Assembly (NCBI GenBank): GCA_945949045.1
Contig: CAMFDG010000005.1
Location: 3,192 to 67,191, forward strand
DNA from: an uncultured Lachnospiraceae bacterium
GTDB lineage: Bacteria; Bacillota; Clostridia; Lachnospirales; Lachnospiraceae
Reading direction: 5' to 3'
DNA: 64,000 nucleotides
Each line of letters begins with the position of its first letter. Positions within the stretch are counted from its first letter, which is position 1. Below, piece after piece: positions 38,145 through 48,242 of the stretch. Made by a program: the position numbers and the translations under genes. Under the pieces are notes generated by a model, which was not told where the DNA came from, did not search any database, and saw only the letters and a list, made by a program, of their open reading frames with translations.

Positions 38145-38900
38145 TTATTTCTCACCGAAGGGAAAAACCTGATTTTCCCGTTCAATCTCGATGATCCGCT
38201 CTGCCATACCCAGATTGGAAATCCTCTTCTTATATGCGGCAATGGCAGAATAGTCCTGCCACATATGCATAGGAAAAATAAATTCCGCATCCGTATTCCT
38301 GACAAAAAAGTCAATTCCAAGAGTCTGGTACGGTCCGAGACGGGGATCCATCGGGACAAAAGCAAGATTGACGGGCTTGTCCGAAAGCTTTCTGATTTCA
38401 TGCTGATACTGCCGTTCCTGCCTGCCGTTGATCAGATCTCCCGCCCCCTCCATCTTCCAGTCGCTTAAATCACCGGCATGGAAAAGACTGACGCCATTTA
38501 CCGTCACATAAAAGGCCACACCGGCATCGGTGGAATTCAGAGTCTGTATGGTAAGATCATCTACTTCATAAGTGTTCCCGCCGGACACAAACTGTACTGC
38601 GGAACGCACCGCAGGATCAATCCCGTGCTTTTCCAGAAAATGCGGACTGATTCGGATGTCCTTCGAAAGGATATAGCGGATATTGGGATACTGCTCCTTC
38701 AGCCGCAGAATGTCCATGTCAAAATGGTCTCTGTGGCTGTGGCTGGCAAACATATAAATCTTTGTGTCCGATGCATAGGTAGGAAGCTTTCCCGTGAATG
38801 TGTAACCATTCACCCGGTCGCCGCCGAAATAGTCAAAAATCAGTACCTTGTCGTCCACTTCTACCAGAAAACAGCTGTGGTGGATAAAAATTACCTGCAT
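38145..38900 (-). CDS. MBL-fold metallo-hydrolase
   Basis: HHSCF, SHSHRDH, HAGD, PMH. Confidence 0.88.
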   Translation of the reverse strand: MQVIFIHHSCFLVEVDDKVLIFDYFGGDRVNGYTFTGKLPTYASDTKIYMFASHSHRDHFDMDILRLKEQYPNIRYILSKDIRISPHFLEKHGIDPAVRSAVQFVSGGNTYEVDDLTIQTLNSTDAGVAFYVTVNGVSLFHAGDLSDWKMEGAGDLINGRQERQYQHEIRKLSDKPVNLAFVPMDPRLGPYQTLGIDFFVRNTDAEFIFPMHMWQDYSAIAAYKKRISNLGMAERIIEIERENQVFPFGEK

Positions 38901-39727
38901 GTCCTGCCAATCTCCTTTATCATTTGTGTCACGAACGATTTGAAGCGGGGTGCCGCCTCATCGGCCGCTTTTTGTACCTCCGCATGGGACAGCGGGTTCG
39001 GGGAAATTCCACAGGCCAGATTGGATATACAGGAAATACCCACGATCTTCATTCCCATGTGGTTTGCTGCCACTGCCTCGCAGGCGGTGCTCATTCCTAC
39101 TGCGTCCGCCCCCAGCAAACGGGCCATCGCCACCTCCTGGGGAGACTCGTAGGCCGGCCCCGTAAACTGGAGGTAAGTGCCCTCCTTTAAATCAATGCCA
39201 AGATCCGATGCACATTTACGCGCCGTCAAAATCAGATCCCTGTCATAGATCTCGCTCATATCCGGAAACCGGGCCCCCAGTTCCTCTGGGTTGGGTCCAA
39301 TCAGCGGGGAAGGAACAAAGCTTGCAATCTGCCCGGTAATCAACATCAGATCTCCTGCCTTCATGCCAAGCTGAATTCCTCCTGCCGCATTCGTAAGAAA
39401 AAGGACCTGTGCTCCCAGCAAACCCATGAGACGAATGGGCAGCACCACATCCGACATGGCATAACCCTCATAGTAATGGACCCTGCCCTGCATGCACACT
39501 ACCGGAATTTCTCCTACATATCCAAAAATAAATCTTCCCACATGTCCCGGAACCGTAGACACCGGAAAACCCTCGATTTCATGGTAATCAAGTTCTGATT
39601 CCACCCGGATGCCATCCGCGTAGTCACCAAGACCGGAGCCCAGAACCAGCGCCACCTGCGGCTTAAAATCGGTCTTTTTTCTAACGCTCTCCACACATCG
39701 CAAAAGCTTCTCGTATACCTCTCCCAT
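38891..39727 (-). CDS. Purine nucleoside phosphorylase (trimeric type)
   Basis: LGSGLG, STVPGH, GRVHYYEG, TNAAGG, GPAYES, VGMST; start at ATG 39727 behind AGGAGG. Confidence 0.92.
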   Translation of the reverse strand: MGEVYEKLLRCVESVRKKTDFKPQVALVLGSGLGDYADGIRVESELDYHEIEGFPVSTVPGHVGRFIFGYVGEIPVVCMQGRVHYYEGYAMSDVVLPIRLMGLLGAQVLFLTNAAGGIQLGMKAGDLMLITGQIASFVPSPLIGPNPEELGARFPDMSEIYDRDLILTARKCASDLGIDLKEGTYLQFTGPAYESPQEVAMARLLGADAVGMSTACEAVAANHMGMKIVGISCISNLACGISPNPLSHAEVQKAADEAAPRFKSFVTQMIKEIGRTCR

Positions 39728-39866
39728 ATATAACGTCCTCCTGTCATCAAAAACACAATCTGACATTTGTTCCATTGTAACACGTATACGAATGAATCAC
39801 AACTTCTTTCCATTTCCCGGATTACGTCTCCTTTGATGATCCTCGTTCATTCACCAGCCGGACAAA

Positions 39867-41387
39867 TTAAATAATGATGCAGACCAGCCCTCCCTTGCTG
39901 TCGTTGACGATCTTCTGCATGGTATCCTGCAGCTTCATCTGGCACTCATCATCCATCTGCGTGATCTTGCTGCGGATGCCATCCTCCATCAGTTCGCCCA
40001 CGGTCTTACCGAAAATGTTGGTATTCCAGATTCCCTCGCCACTCTCCTGTCCGGCCTTTATGTATGTAATCAGATCATTTGCCTGCTCCTCGCTGCCCAC
40101 GATGGGAGCGATCTCAGTCTCAATATTTGCCTTGATCATATGAATAGATGGAGAAAGGGCTTTCATTTTCACCCCATATTTCCCGCCGTGCTCAATCAGC
40201 ACAGGATCCTCCATACGGATATCGGAAAGTCCCGGCATTACTACGCCGTAGCCCTTCTGCTCCACAGAGTCCAGTGCATCTCCCACCTGCTCATATTTCT
40301 TTTTCATCTCTGCAAGGGAGCGAAGCATGGAGATCAGCTGGTATTCCCCATCAATGGAAACCCCGGTCATTTCACTGATATAGGCAAAATAATATTTGTC
40401 ATCCACTTCCATACGGGCGGTAACAATTCCATCAGAAAGGCTGATATTCTGCATCTGTATTTCTTTGAAAAAAGGCTCCTCACCCTGTTGGCCCAAAAAC
40501 TCCGCAAGATTCCTCTTCCCCTGAAAGCCAATGATATCGCGGATTTTGTCTGCTTTTTTCAGCATTTCTGCTGCCGTATGGATCATGGCAGACTTCACGG
40601 GATGATCTGAAGGCAGCATTTCCGTCCACTTGGGAATCACAAAGTCCATCCGGGTAACAGGGAACTCCAAAAGCACTGCATTTAAAATGGCAGCAATATC
40701 CTCCCGGTGCATCTGCTGACAGTTTACAGGAATGACGATGGTCCCGTAATCCGCCTCCATCTCCTCTTTCAGAGCCTTCGTCTCTTCGCTGAAGGGCCGG
40801 AGTGAATTTAAGACAACCACGTAGGGCTTTCCGATTTCGTTCAGTTCACTGATGGTATTCTGTTCTGCCTTAAGATAATTTTCCCGGGGCAGGTCACCGA
40901 TGCTTCCGTCTGTGGTCACCACAATGCCGATCGTAGCGTGATCTCTTATGACCTTTTCCGTTCCGATACGGGCGGCATCCACAAAGGGAATCTCCTCTTG
41001 AAACCAGGGTGTCTTTACCATCCTGCTTTCGCTGCCCTCCATGTGACCGCTTGCCCCCTCCACCATAAATCCAACGCAGTCTATGAGTCGGACCTTTATG
41101 CTGCTGTCATCCGTCAGGGATATTTCCGCAGCTTCCTGTGGGATGAATTTGGGCTCGGTGGTCATGATCGTTTTCCCGGCCGCCGACTGAGGCAGTTCAT
41201 CCTCCGTACGCTTTTTCACGTTCTCGTCTCTGATGTAGGGCAGCACACACAAATCCATGAAACGCTTGATAAAGGTAGATTTCCCGGTTCGGACAGGACC
41301 CACCACCCCGATGTAAATCTGACCGTTCGTTCGGCCATTAATGTCTTTATATAGATCAAAGTCACTGCTTTTGCCATTGTCCATCAT
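39867..41387 (-). CDS. spoIVA: Stage IV sporulation protein A
   Basis: IYIGVVGPVRTGKSTFIKRFM, DELPQSAAGKTIMTTEPKF, GGLVCIII; start trimmed to 41387. Confidence 0.95.
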   Translation of the reverse strand: MMDNGKSSDFDLYKDINGRTNGQIYIGVVGPVRTGKSTFIKRFMDLCVLPYIRDENVKKRTEDELPQSAAGKTIMTTEPKFIPQEAAEISLTDDSSIKVRLIDCVGFMVEGASGHMEGSESRMVKTPWFQEEIPFVDAARIGTEKVIRDHATIGIVVTTDGSIGDLPRENYLKAEQNTISELNEIGKPYVVVLNSLRPFSEETKALKEEMEADYGTIVIPVNCQQMHREDIAAILNAVLLEFPVTRMDFVIPKWTEMLPSDHPVKSAMIHTAAEMLKKADKIRDIIGFQGKRNLAEFLGQQGEEPFFKEIQMQNISLSDGIVTARMEVDDKYYFAYISEMTGVSIDGEYQLISMLRSLAEMKKKYEQVGDALDSVEQKGYGVVMPGLSDIRMEDPVLIEHGGKYGVKMKALSPSIHMIKANIETEIAPIVGSEEQANDLITYIKAGQESGEGIWNTNIFGKTVGELMEDGIRSKITQMDDECQMKLQDTMQKIVNDSKGGLVCIII

Positions 41388-41420
41388 AAAAAAAGTCCCC
41401 TTTCTCATATATATATCTAT

Positions 41421-41447
41421 ATATATGGGAAAAGGGATGCTTTTATG
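41421..41447 (-). promoter_or_regulatory. Putative sigmaE promoter of spoIVA
   Basis: cATA-N16-CATATAT matches the sigmaE consensus; spoIVA is sigmaE-dependent in B. subtilis and C. difficile. Confidence 0.55.
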
Positions 41448-41449
41448 TT

Positions 41450-42967
41450 TTATTTTTTCTTTTCTTTCTTCTTCCTCCTGGAGAGCTGGGGATTGATCCG
41501 TCCGTACATCTGCATATACCGATATAGTTTCTTCGCAAGCTCCTCCGTCAGCGCATCGGCTCTCATACGCCATTTCCAATTATCTCCAAGAGTGGACGGC
41601 GTGTTCATGCGGGCCTGTGAGCCCAGACCGAGAAGATCCTGCATCGGCACGATGGCCATGTCCGCAACGGAGGACCAGGCGCCACGCATCATACCCCAGT
41701 TGTAGCCCTCCTTTTTGGTAAGATTCAGGTACTCCCTGGCAAAGGCCACTGATTTCTTCGGTGCTGTCTGCATCCAGCCCATCACCGTATCATTGTCATG
41801 GGTTCCGGTGTACACCACACAGTGCTTCGGATAGGTATGCGGAAGATAATCGCTGCCCTCCCGGCTGTCAAAGGCAAACTGGATCACCTTCATCCCGGGG
41901 AAACCGGAATCCTTGAGAAGTTTGCGGACGGAGGGTGTCAAAAAGCCAAGATCCTCCACAATGATTGGAAGCTTCCCGAGCTTCTTTCGAAGATGCCGGA
42001 ACAGATCCATACCCGGGCCCTTTTTCCACTGGCCATTCCGTGCAGTCTTATCCTGGGCCGGGATCGCGTAGTAGGAATCAAAGCCCCGGAAATGGTCGAT
42101 CCGCACGATATCATAAAGCTCCGACATGGCCCTGATCCGCTTTGTCCACCAGACATAGCCGTCCTTTTTCATCTCGTCCCAGCGAAACAGAGGATTGCCC
42201 CACAGCTGTCCATCCTCGGAAAAAGCATCCGGCGGGCATCCGGCCACTTCAATCGGCATCAGATCCTCATCCAGATAAAACTGCTTCGGGTTGGCCCAGA
42301 CATCTGCGCTGTCTGCTGCCACATAAATCGGCACATCCCCAATGATTCTGATTCCTCTCTTGTTAGCATACTTTTTTAATTTCTTCCACTGCTTGAAAAA
42401 CAGGTACTGAAGCATCTTATAGAATTCGATATCCTCCGCATATTTTTCCTTTGCGGCTGCCATCGCATGTTTCTTACGGAAACGAAGGTCATTCTCCCAC
42501 CGGCTCCATGAAATGCCGTCATTGGCATCCTTCAAGGCCATAAAAAGGGCATAATCCTCAAGCCATTCCTTTTTTTCCTCACAAAATGCGTAAAATCCCT
42601 TCGGCGCATCCTTCTTAAACCGGATATAGGCCTTTCGAAGCAGCGCATATCTGGAGCCATACAGGCTTCCATAATCAACAGCTTCCTCATTATCCCCAAA
42701 ATCGGCAGCCTCGCACTCCTCCTTTGTCAAAAGGCCATCCCTGCACAGATCATCCAGATCGATAAAATACGGGTTTCCCGCAAAGCTGGAAAAAGACTGG
42801 TAAGGGGAATCCCCATAGCTGGTAGGACAGATGGGAAGAATCTGCCAATAGGTCTGGCCGCTTTGTTCCAGAAAATCAATAAATGATCTGGCCGCCTTTC
42901 CCATCGTTCCGATTCCATAGGGGGATGGAAGGGAGGAAATCGGCATTAACACACCACTTGTTCTCAT
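41450..42967 (-). CDS. malQ: 4-alpha-glucanotransferase (GH77)
   Basis: SPYQSFSSFAGN, GQLWGNP, RIDHFRG, EDLG, YTGTHDN. Confidence 0.95.
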   Translation of the reverse strand: MRTSGVLMPISSLPSPYGIGTMGKAARSFIDFLEQSGQTYWQILPICPTSYGDSPYQSFSSFAGNPYFIDLDDLCRDGLLTKEECEAADFGDNEEAVDYGSLYGSRYALLRKAYIRFKKDAPKGFYAFCEEKKEWLEDYALFMALKDANDGISWSRWENDLRFRKKHAMAAAKEKYAEDIEFYKMLQYLFFKQWKKLKKYANKRGIRIIGDVPIYVAADSADVWANPKQFYLDEDLMPIEVAGCPPDAFSEDGQLWGNPLFRWDEMKKDGYVWWTKRIRAMSELYDIVRIDHFRGFDSYYAIPAQDKTARNGQWKKGPGMDLFRHLRKKLGKLPIIVEDLGFLTPSVRKLLKDSGFPGMKVIQFAFDSREGSDYLPHTYPKHCVVYTGTHDNDTVMGWMQTAPKKSVAFAREYLNLTKKEGYNWGMMRGAWSSVADMAIVPMQDLLGLGSQARMNTPSTLGDNWKWRMRADALTEELAKKLYRYMQMYGRINPQLSRRKKKEKKK

Positions 42968-43106
42968 AACTTATGCTCCTTTTTCCTGTAAACAGTAATA
43001 GATAATTACGAACAATATCAACCATCATCATACCACATCTTATTCTCTTGTAAAAGAGCTTTTAAAATGATACTATTAGGGAAACAACAAATGAGGTAGT
43101 TTTTTT

Positions 43107-44366
43107 ATGAATGATGTTATCAAACACAAAATCAAGCACAACGTCCACCGGGGCATCGTGTCTGTAAAGTGGGTCATTTTCTCCATAATCGTAGGAGGAA
43201 TCGTAGGGCTTTGCGGCACGGCCTTCTATTTCGCCTTAAGCTTTGTCACGGTACTCAGGGGACAGTATCCATGGCTTTTGTATCTGCTTCCGGTAGGAGG
43301 TCTTATCATTGTGGCCGCCTATCATCTTCTAAAGGATGAAAAGGATACGGGAACCAATCTGGTCATTTCTGCCATCCAGACCGATGAACAGATTCCGGTG
43401 CGAATGGCACCGTTAATTTTTACCTCCACTCTGATCACCCATCTCTTCGGCGGTTCTGCCGGACGAGAGGGAGCCGCTCTTCAAATGGGGGGAAGCCTTG
43501 GAAGCGGTCTGGGAAAATTATTCCGCTTTGACGAGAAGGACAAGCATGTCATGATCATGTGCGGCATGAGCGCAGCCTTCTCTGCGTTGTTTGGAACGCC
43601 CATGGCGGCGGCAATCCTTCCGATGGAGATGGTCAGTGTCGGCGTCATGTACTACATTGCTCTGGTTCCCTGCGTCATCAGCTCTCTGGTTGCCCACGGA
43701 ATCGCTGTCTCCTTCGGGATTTCCAGCAGCATTTTCCCCATCGACCCGCTGCCGAAATTCGGTATCTTTCCGGCCGTTAAGATTTCTGCACTGGCAATTC
43801 TCTGCGCGCTGGTCAGCATCCTGTTCTGCATCCTTCTTCACAAAAGTGAAGAACTCTACAAAAGATTTCTGAAAAATCCATACCTCCGCTCCATGGCAGG
43901 CGGTGTTCTTGTGGTGCTTTTGACCCTTATCGTGGGCAGCCGTGATTACAACGGCACCGGTATCGACATCATTACCGGATGTATGCACGGCGAGGTTCGC
44001 CCGGAGGCTTTTCTTCTCAAGATGATCTTTACCGCGCTTACACTGGGTGCCGGCTTCAAGGGCGGCGAGATCGTACCAAGCTTTTTTACCGGAGCTGCCT
44101 TTGGCTGTCTCTTCGGCAATATCCTCGGATTCTCTCCGTCCCTCTGCGCAGCAGTGGGAATGACAAGTGTCTTCTGCGGTGTAACCAACTGCCCCATCAC
44201 CTCGTTACTCATCAGCTTTGAGCTGTTCGGCTATGACGGCATGCCCTATTTCCTGCTGGCCACCGCCTTCAGCTATATGCTTTCCGGCTACTTCGGATTA
44301 TACAAGAGCCAGAAAATCGTTTACTCGAAGTACAAAACCAACTACATCAACAAACCGACCCAATAG
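43107..44366 (+). CDS. ClC-family channel/transporter, possibly the fluoride-exporting CLC-F type
   Basis: GGSAGREGAA, FGTP, GFKGGEIVP; GTNLV in place of GSGIP. Confidence 0.85.
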   Translation: MNDVIKHKIKHNVHRGIVSVKWVIFSIIVGGIVGLCGTAFYFALSFVTVLRGQYPWLLYLLPVGGLIIVAAYHLLKDEKDTGTNLVISAIQTDEQIPVRMAPLIFTSTLITHLFGGSAGREGAALQMGGSLGSGLGKLFRFDEKDKHVMIMCGMSAAFSALFGTPMAAAILPMEMVSVGVMYYIALVPCVISSLVAHGIAVSFGISSSIFPIDPLPKFGIFPAVKISALAILCALVSILFCILLHKSEELYKRFLKNPYLRSMAGGVLVVLLTLIVGSRDYNGTGIDIITGCMHGEVRPEAFLLKMIFTALTLGAGFKGGEIVPSFFTGAAFGCLFGNILGFSPSLCAAVGMTSVFCGVTNCPITSLLISFELFGYDGMPYFLLATAFSYMLSGYFGLYKSQKIVYSKYKTNYINKPTQ

Positions 44367-46260
44367 CCACAAGGCAGCTGATGCCCTCCACTGTGGCGGT
44401 TCCCGTGATTTTCCGGAGAGGAAGCACCCCTGCGCGTGTTTTATCCACAAACACCTGCCAGCCTTCCTCTCCTTCCAGTTCGATCGAAACCTTCTCCTCC
44501 GACGCATTATATACCACAAGAAGACATTTCTTCCCCTCTTCCAGGGTAAATCCCACGACCTTTTCCGGCGTATTCTCCAGGAAATGAAGCTTCGTCCGAA
44601 CCTCCTCTGCCGTCGAAAGCCGAAGCCCTTTATGCGCTTTCCGGAAAGCGATCAGCCCCTTGTAATAACAAAGAAGCTGCTCTTTCATTTCGTCTCTTTC
44701 ATAACGCAGGGCATTGGTATACAGGGAAAGATTGTAGCTATTGTCCGAGACCTCCCTGCTGTTTTCAATGGGCTTTGACCTTGCACATTCTTCGCCGCCC
44801 AGAAAAAAGGGGATTCCCTGGGAGGTAAATACCATGGCTGCCGCCAGCCGGTTGATAGCAAAACGATCTCTTTCACTTTTTTCCGGTAAGGAAGCAGCAA
44901 GCTTATCCCAAAGGGTCAGATTGTCATGGCAGGACACATAATTGATCGTATCTGACGGTGCCTCTGCCCAGGGGCCTCCCGGCGTATAATGATACGCTCC
45001 GTAATCCACCTGAGGATGCCAGACAGCTCCGGCAACGCTGTATCGGACTGCATTTTCCATTCCCGGATGACCACCGGCAAATCCAGTTTCCAATCTATTA
45101 AACACATTTCCCCTTATGGTATCCCTGATATCATCGGAAAACATCCCAATACCGCTCAACATACGTACATTGGTTTTGACTCCCCGCAGATAAACCGGGC
45201 AGGGACTCTCTCCCCCGGTCCACCCTTCCCCGTACAACAGAATATTCGGATTGATCTTTTGTAAACTTCCCGAAATTTCATTCAGAGTCTCGATGTCCAA
45301 AAGTCCCATCAGATCCATCCGAAAGCCGTCTATATGGTATTCCGATGCCCAATAACAGATGGAATCTACAATGTATTTTCGCACCATGGGACGCTCTGAG
45401 GCAATCTCATTGCCACAGCCGGAGCCATTGGAATATCCGTCACCTTTTTTACGGAAAAAGTACCCGGGCTCGACCTTTTCAAAACAGCTGTCCCCTGCAC
45501 TGTACACATGATTGTAGACCACATCCATGATCACGCCGATCCCGGCCCGGTGAAAGGCCATTACCATCTGCTTAAGCTCCCTGATACGCACCTGTCCATG
45601 AAAGGGATCCGTAGAATAGGATCCCTCCGGCACATTGTAATTCATGGGATCGTAACCCCAGTTGTACTGGTTTTCTCCCGCCTCATCCACGCTGGCAAAA
45701 TCAAACACCGGCATCAGCTGCACATGCGTTATTCCCAGTTCCTTCAGATAAGAGAGCCCCGTCGGCGTGCCCGATGCAGTGTGCGTATTTTCCTCTGCAA
45801 GCCCAAGAAATTTACCCGGATGCTTCACACCGGAAGCATTTCCGGCCGTCATATAAGGAACCGAGATCTCACAGATCACAGCATCTGTTTGATTCCCAAG
45901 AGCCGGACCATGATCCCTTTCAAAGCCTGCCGGATCCGTTTCCCCAAGATCCAGCACCATACTCCGAAGCCCATTGACCCCGGCCGCGTAAGCATAAGGA
46001 TCCTGTGTCTCCACAGAATCCTCACCCCGGACCACCCGGTAGGTATAATAGGTGTGATTTTTATCCCCGGGGACATCGGCAGACCAGATTCCATACGCCT
46101 CCTTTTCCATAGGAATCTCCATCAAAAGGCAGTCTCCGTCTCCTCTCTCGAACATACGTAACGAAACTGCGTCTGCCGTAGGAGCCCAGAGGCGGAAATT
46201 CGTGTGATTCTTCTGATACCTCGCGCCCATGTCGAAAGGTTTCCTGCTATCCTTCTGCAT
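44347..46260 (-). CDS. pulA: Type I pullulanase (GH13)
   Basis: YNWGYDP, MDVVYNH, DGFRMDLMG, YGEGW, YVSCHDN; no signal peptide. Confidence 0.92.
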   Translation of the reverse strand: MQKDSRKPFDMGARYQKNHTNFRLWAPTADAVSLRMFERGDGDCLLMEIPMEKEAYGIWSADVPGDKNHTYYTYRVVRGEDSVETQDPYAYAAGVNGLRSMVLDLGETDPAGFERDHGPALGNQTDAVICEISVPYMTAGNASGVKHPGKFLGLAEENTHTASGTPTGLSYLKELGITHVQLMPVFDFASVDEAGENQYNWGYDPMNYNVPEGSYSTDPFHGQVRIRELKQMVMAFHRAGIGVIMDVVYNHVYSAGDSCFEKVEPGYFFRKKGDGYSNGSGCGNEIASERPMVRKYIVDSICYWASEYHIDGFRMDLMGLLDIETLNEISGSLQKINPNILLYGEGWTGGESPCPVYLRGVKTNVRMLSGIGMFSDDIRDTIRGNVFNRLETGFAGGHPGMENAVRYSVAGAVWHPQVDYGAYHYTPGGPWAEAPSDTINYVSCHDNLTLWDKLAASLPEKSERDRFAINRLAAAMVFTSQGIPFFLGGEECARSKPIENSREVSDNSYNLSLYTNALRYERDEMKEQLLCYYKGLIAFRKAHKGLRLSTAEEVRTKLHFLENTPEKVVGFTLEEGKKCLLVVYNASEEKVSIELEGEEGWQVFVDKTRAGVLPLRKITGTATVEGISCLVAIGSVC

Positions 46261-46261
46261 C

Positions 46262-47275
46262 CTACTGCTCCTGTGTCGCAGCTGCCAGCGCATTTAAGGT
46301 ATCCACTGCCTTACCGGAATCAATCGTAGAAACCGCAAGCTTCATACCGGCCTCAATGCTTTCTGCCCTGCCGCCAATATAGAGAGCTGCACCTGCATTC
46401 AAAAGAACGATGTCCCTCTTTGCTCCCTGCTCCTTACCGGAAAGAATATTCTTTGTAATCTCTGCGTTGGCTGCACCGTCTCCTCCCTGCAGTTCACTGA
46501 TGTCGCAGCGCTTTAAACCAAACTGCTCCGGTGATATCTTATAGGTCTTAATCTCTCCGTTCCTGATTTCAGAAACCGTAGTCTCACCGGTGAGAGTGAT
46601 CTCATCCATATTGTCATCACCGCTGACTACAAATCCGCTCTCAACTCCAAGGTTTGCAAGTACCCCTGCAATCAGCTCTGTCAGACTCGGCGAGTATACA
46701 CCGATCATCATCTTCTTCGCCCGGGACGGATTGGAAAGCGGCCCTAAAATATTAAATACTGTGCGGATGCCCAGTTCCTTACGAACGGGTCCCACATACT
46801 TCATGGCCGGGTTAAAATGCGGTGCAAACATAAAACCGATTCCCACCGTCTCCACACACTTCTCCACCACCTTCGGGTCTGCAGAAATATTAACGCCAAG
46901 GGCCTCCAGCACATCTCCTGCCCCGCTCTTAGAAGAAATGGAACGGTTGCCGTGCTTTGCCACCGGAAGTCCTGCGGCGGCCGTCACAAATGCAGAAGTG
47001 GTAGAAATATTAAAGGTGTTGGTGCGATCTCCGCCGGTTCCCACAAAGTCCACGTAATTGTCAACCTTCGGAGAGATGGTGTTGGCTTTCTCTCTTAATA
47101 CCGCTGCGAGACCAGTGATCTCATCCAGCGTCTCTCCCTTCATACGCAGTGCGGTAAGGAAGCATGCAATCTGGGCCGGAGTTGCCTGACCTGTTAAGAT
47201 CAGCTCCTGTGCCTGCATGGCCTCCTCCCTCGTAAGGTTGTTTCCTGCCACCAGTTTGTTCAAAATATCCTGCAT
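46262..47275 (-). CDS. trpD: Anthranilate phosphoribosyltransferase
   Basis: GTGGD, FNIST, KHGNRS.SSKSG, RTVFNILGPL. Confidence 0.95.
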   Translation of the reverse strand: MQDILNKLVAGNNLTREEAMQAQELILTGQATPAQIACFLTALRMKGETLDEITGLAAVLREKANTISPKVDNYVDFVGTGGDRTNTFNISTTSAFVTAAAGLPVAKHGNRSISSKSGAGDVLEALGVNISADPKVVEKCVETVGIGFMFAPHFNPAMKYVGPVRKELGIRTVFNILGPLSNPSRAKKMMIGVYSPSLTELIAGVLANLGVESGFVVSGDDNMDEITLTGETTVSEIRNGEIKTYKISPEQFGLKRCDISELQGGDGAANAEITKNILSGKEQGAKRDIVLLNAGAALYIGGRAESIEAGMKLAVSTIDSGKAVDTLNALAAATQEQ

Positions 47276-47311
47276 TTTCATTTCCTCCTTATATATTGCA
47301 AAACCTGGCTT

Positions 47312-47438
47312 ATTTCCTAAATTGGACATATGAGAAAAAAATTGTTTTCTACATCCCAATTCCCATGATCATAAAATGGGCAGCACATTTTGATTTTTCA
47401 TATATATGCCCAAAGCCTCCCTTAACAATCAAAAAGCA
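47312..47438 (-). repeat. Third copy of the palindromic module, inverted, two units only
   Basis: Units at 47323-47358 and 47377-47412 match the last and first units of the module; flank matches 33529-33554. Confidence 0.9.
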
Positions 47439-48230
47439 TCAAAAATTCAGTTCTTTTTTGAAGGTGCTGCAGTAGTCGGCGGCAGCTTCCGCTGAAAAGT
47501 CCGAATCCCGCATCAGGTTAATAAAATGAGATCCTACAATCGCACCATCGATGATATCCTTCATAGGGCGGACATCCTCTGCGGTTCGGATACCAAAGCC
47601 CATCATGACAGGAATTTTAGAGACAGACTTTACACTGGTGAGATAATTGATAACCTCCCGGTGGAAAGAGCCTTCCTGACCTGTAACGCCCATGGAGGAT
47701 ACGCAGTATACGAAGCCTCTGGCATGCTCTAAGATCTTCGGCACGCGCGCTCCTGATACCGGAGATACCAATTCAATCAGAATGGTGTCATCGCTGCCTT
47801 CCAACAAAGCAGCAAGTTCCCCCTGCTCCTCAAAGGGCAGATCCGGAATGATAAGTCCGTCAACACCGCAGGTATGGCACATCGACACAAATTTCTCCAC
47901 GCCATAATGAAGAACCGTGTTATAGTACATCATGAAGACGATGGGAATCTCCACCTGAGCGGCCCTAAGCTCTCTCATGCAGTCGAAGGTTTTCTCCAGA
48001 TTGGCTCCGTTTTTGATAGCATCATAGGAGGCCGCCTGAATCACCGGTCCGTCTGCTACCGGATCGGAAAAGGGAATCCCCAGTTCAATGATGTCGGTGC
48101 CGGCCTTTTCCTGGGCACAGATCAGTTCCTTCGTCTTATCATAATCCGGCAGTCCTGCCGTAATATAGGTGATAAACGCTTTTTCCTTTTTCTCCTGCAA
48201 TACTGCAAGAGCTGTCTCAATACGATTCAT
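47439..48230 (-). CDS. trpA: Tryptophan synthase alpha
   Basis: IELGIPFSDPVADGPVIQ, YYN, PDLP, GVTG, GFGI. Confidence 0.96.
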   Translation of the reverse strand: MNRIETALAVLQEKKEKAFITYITAGLPDYDKTKELICAQEKAGTDIIELGIPFSDPVADGPVIQAASYDAIKNGANLEKTFDCMRELRAAQVEIPIVFMMYYNTVLHYGVEKFVSMCHTCGVDGLIIPDLPFEEQGELAALLEGSDDTILIELVSPVSGARVPKILEHARGFVYCVSSMGVTGQEGSFHREVINYLTSVKSVSKIPVMMGFGIRTAEDVRPMKDIIDGAIVGSHFINLMRDSDFSAEAAADYCSTFKKELNF

Positions 48231-48242
48231 TGCTTTTTCCTC

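Noticed and set aside
41388-41579. N-terminal extensions in the ORF track (spoIVA; also ldh, cotJB, trpD, trpF, pulA, rpsU)
   Set aside because: They overlap neighbouring genes or repeats; downstream starts have better RBSs and match family N-termini
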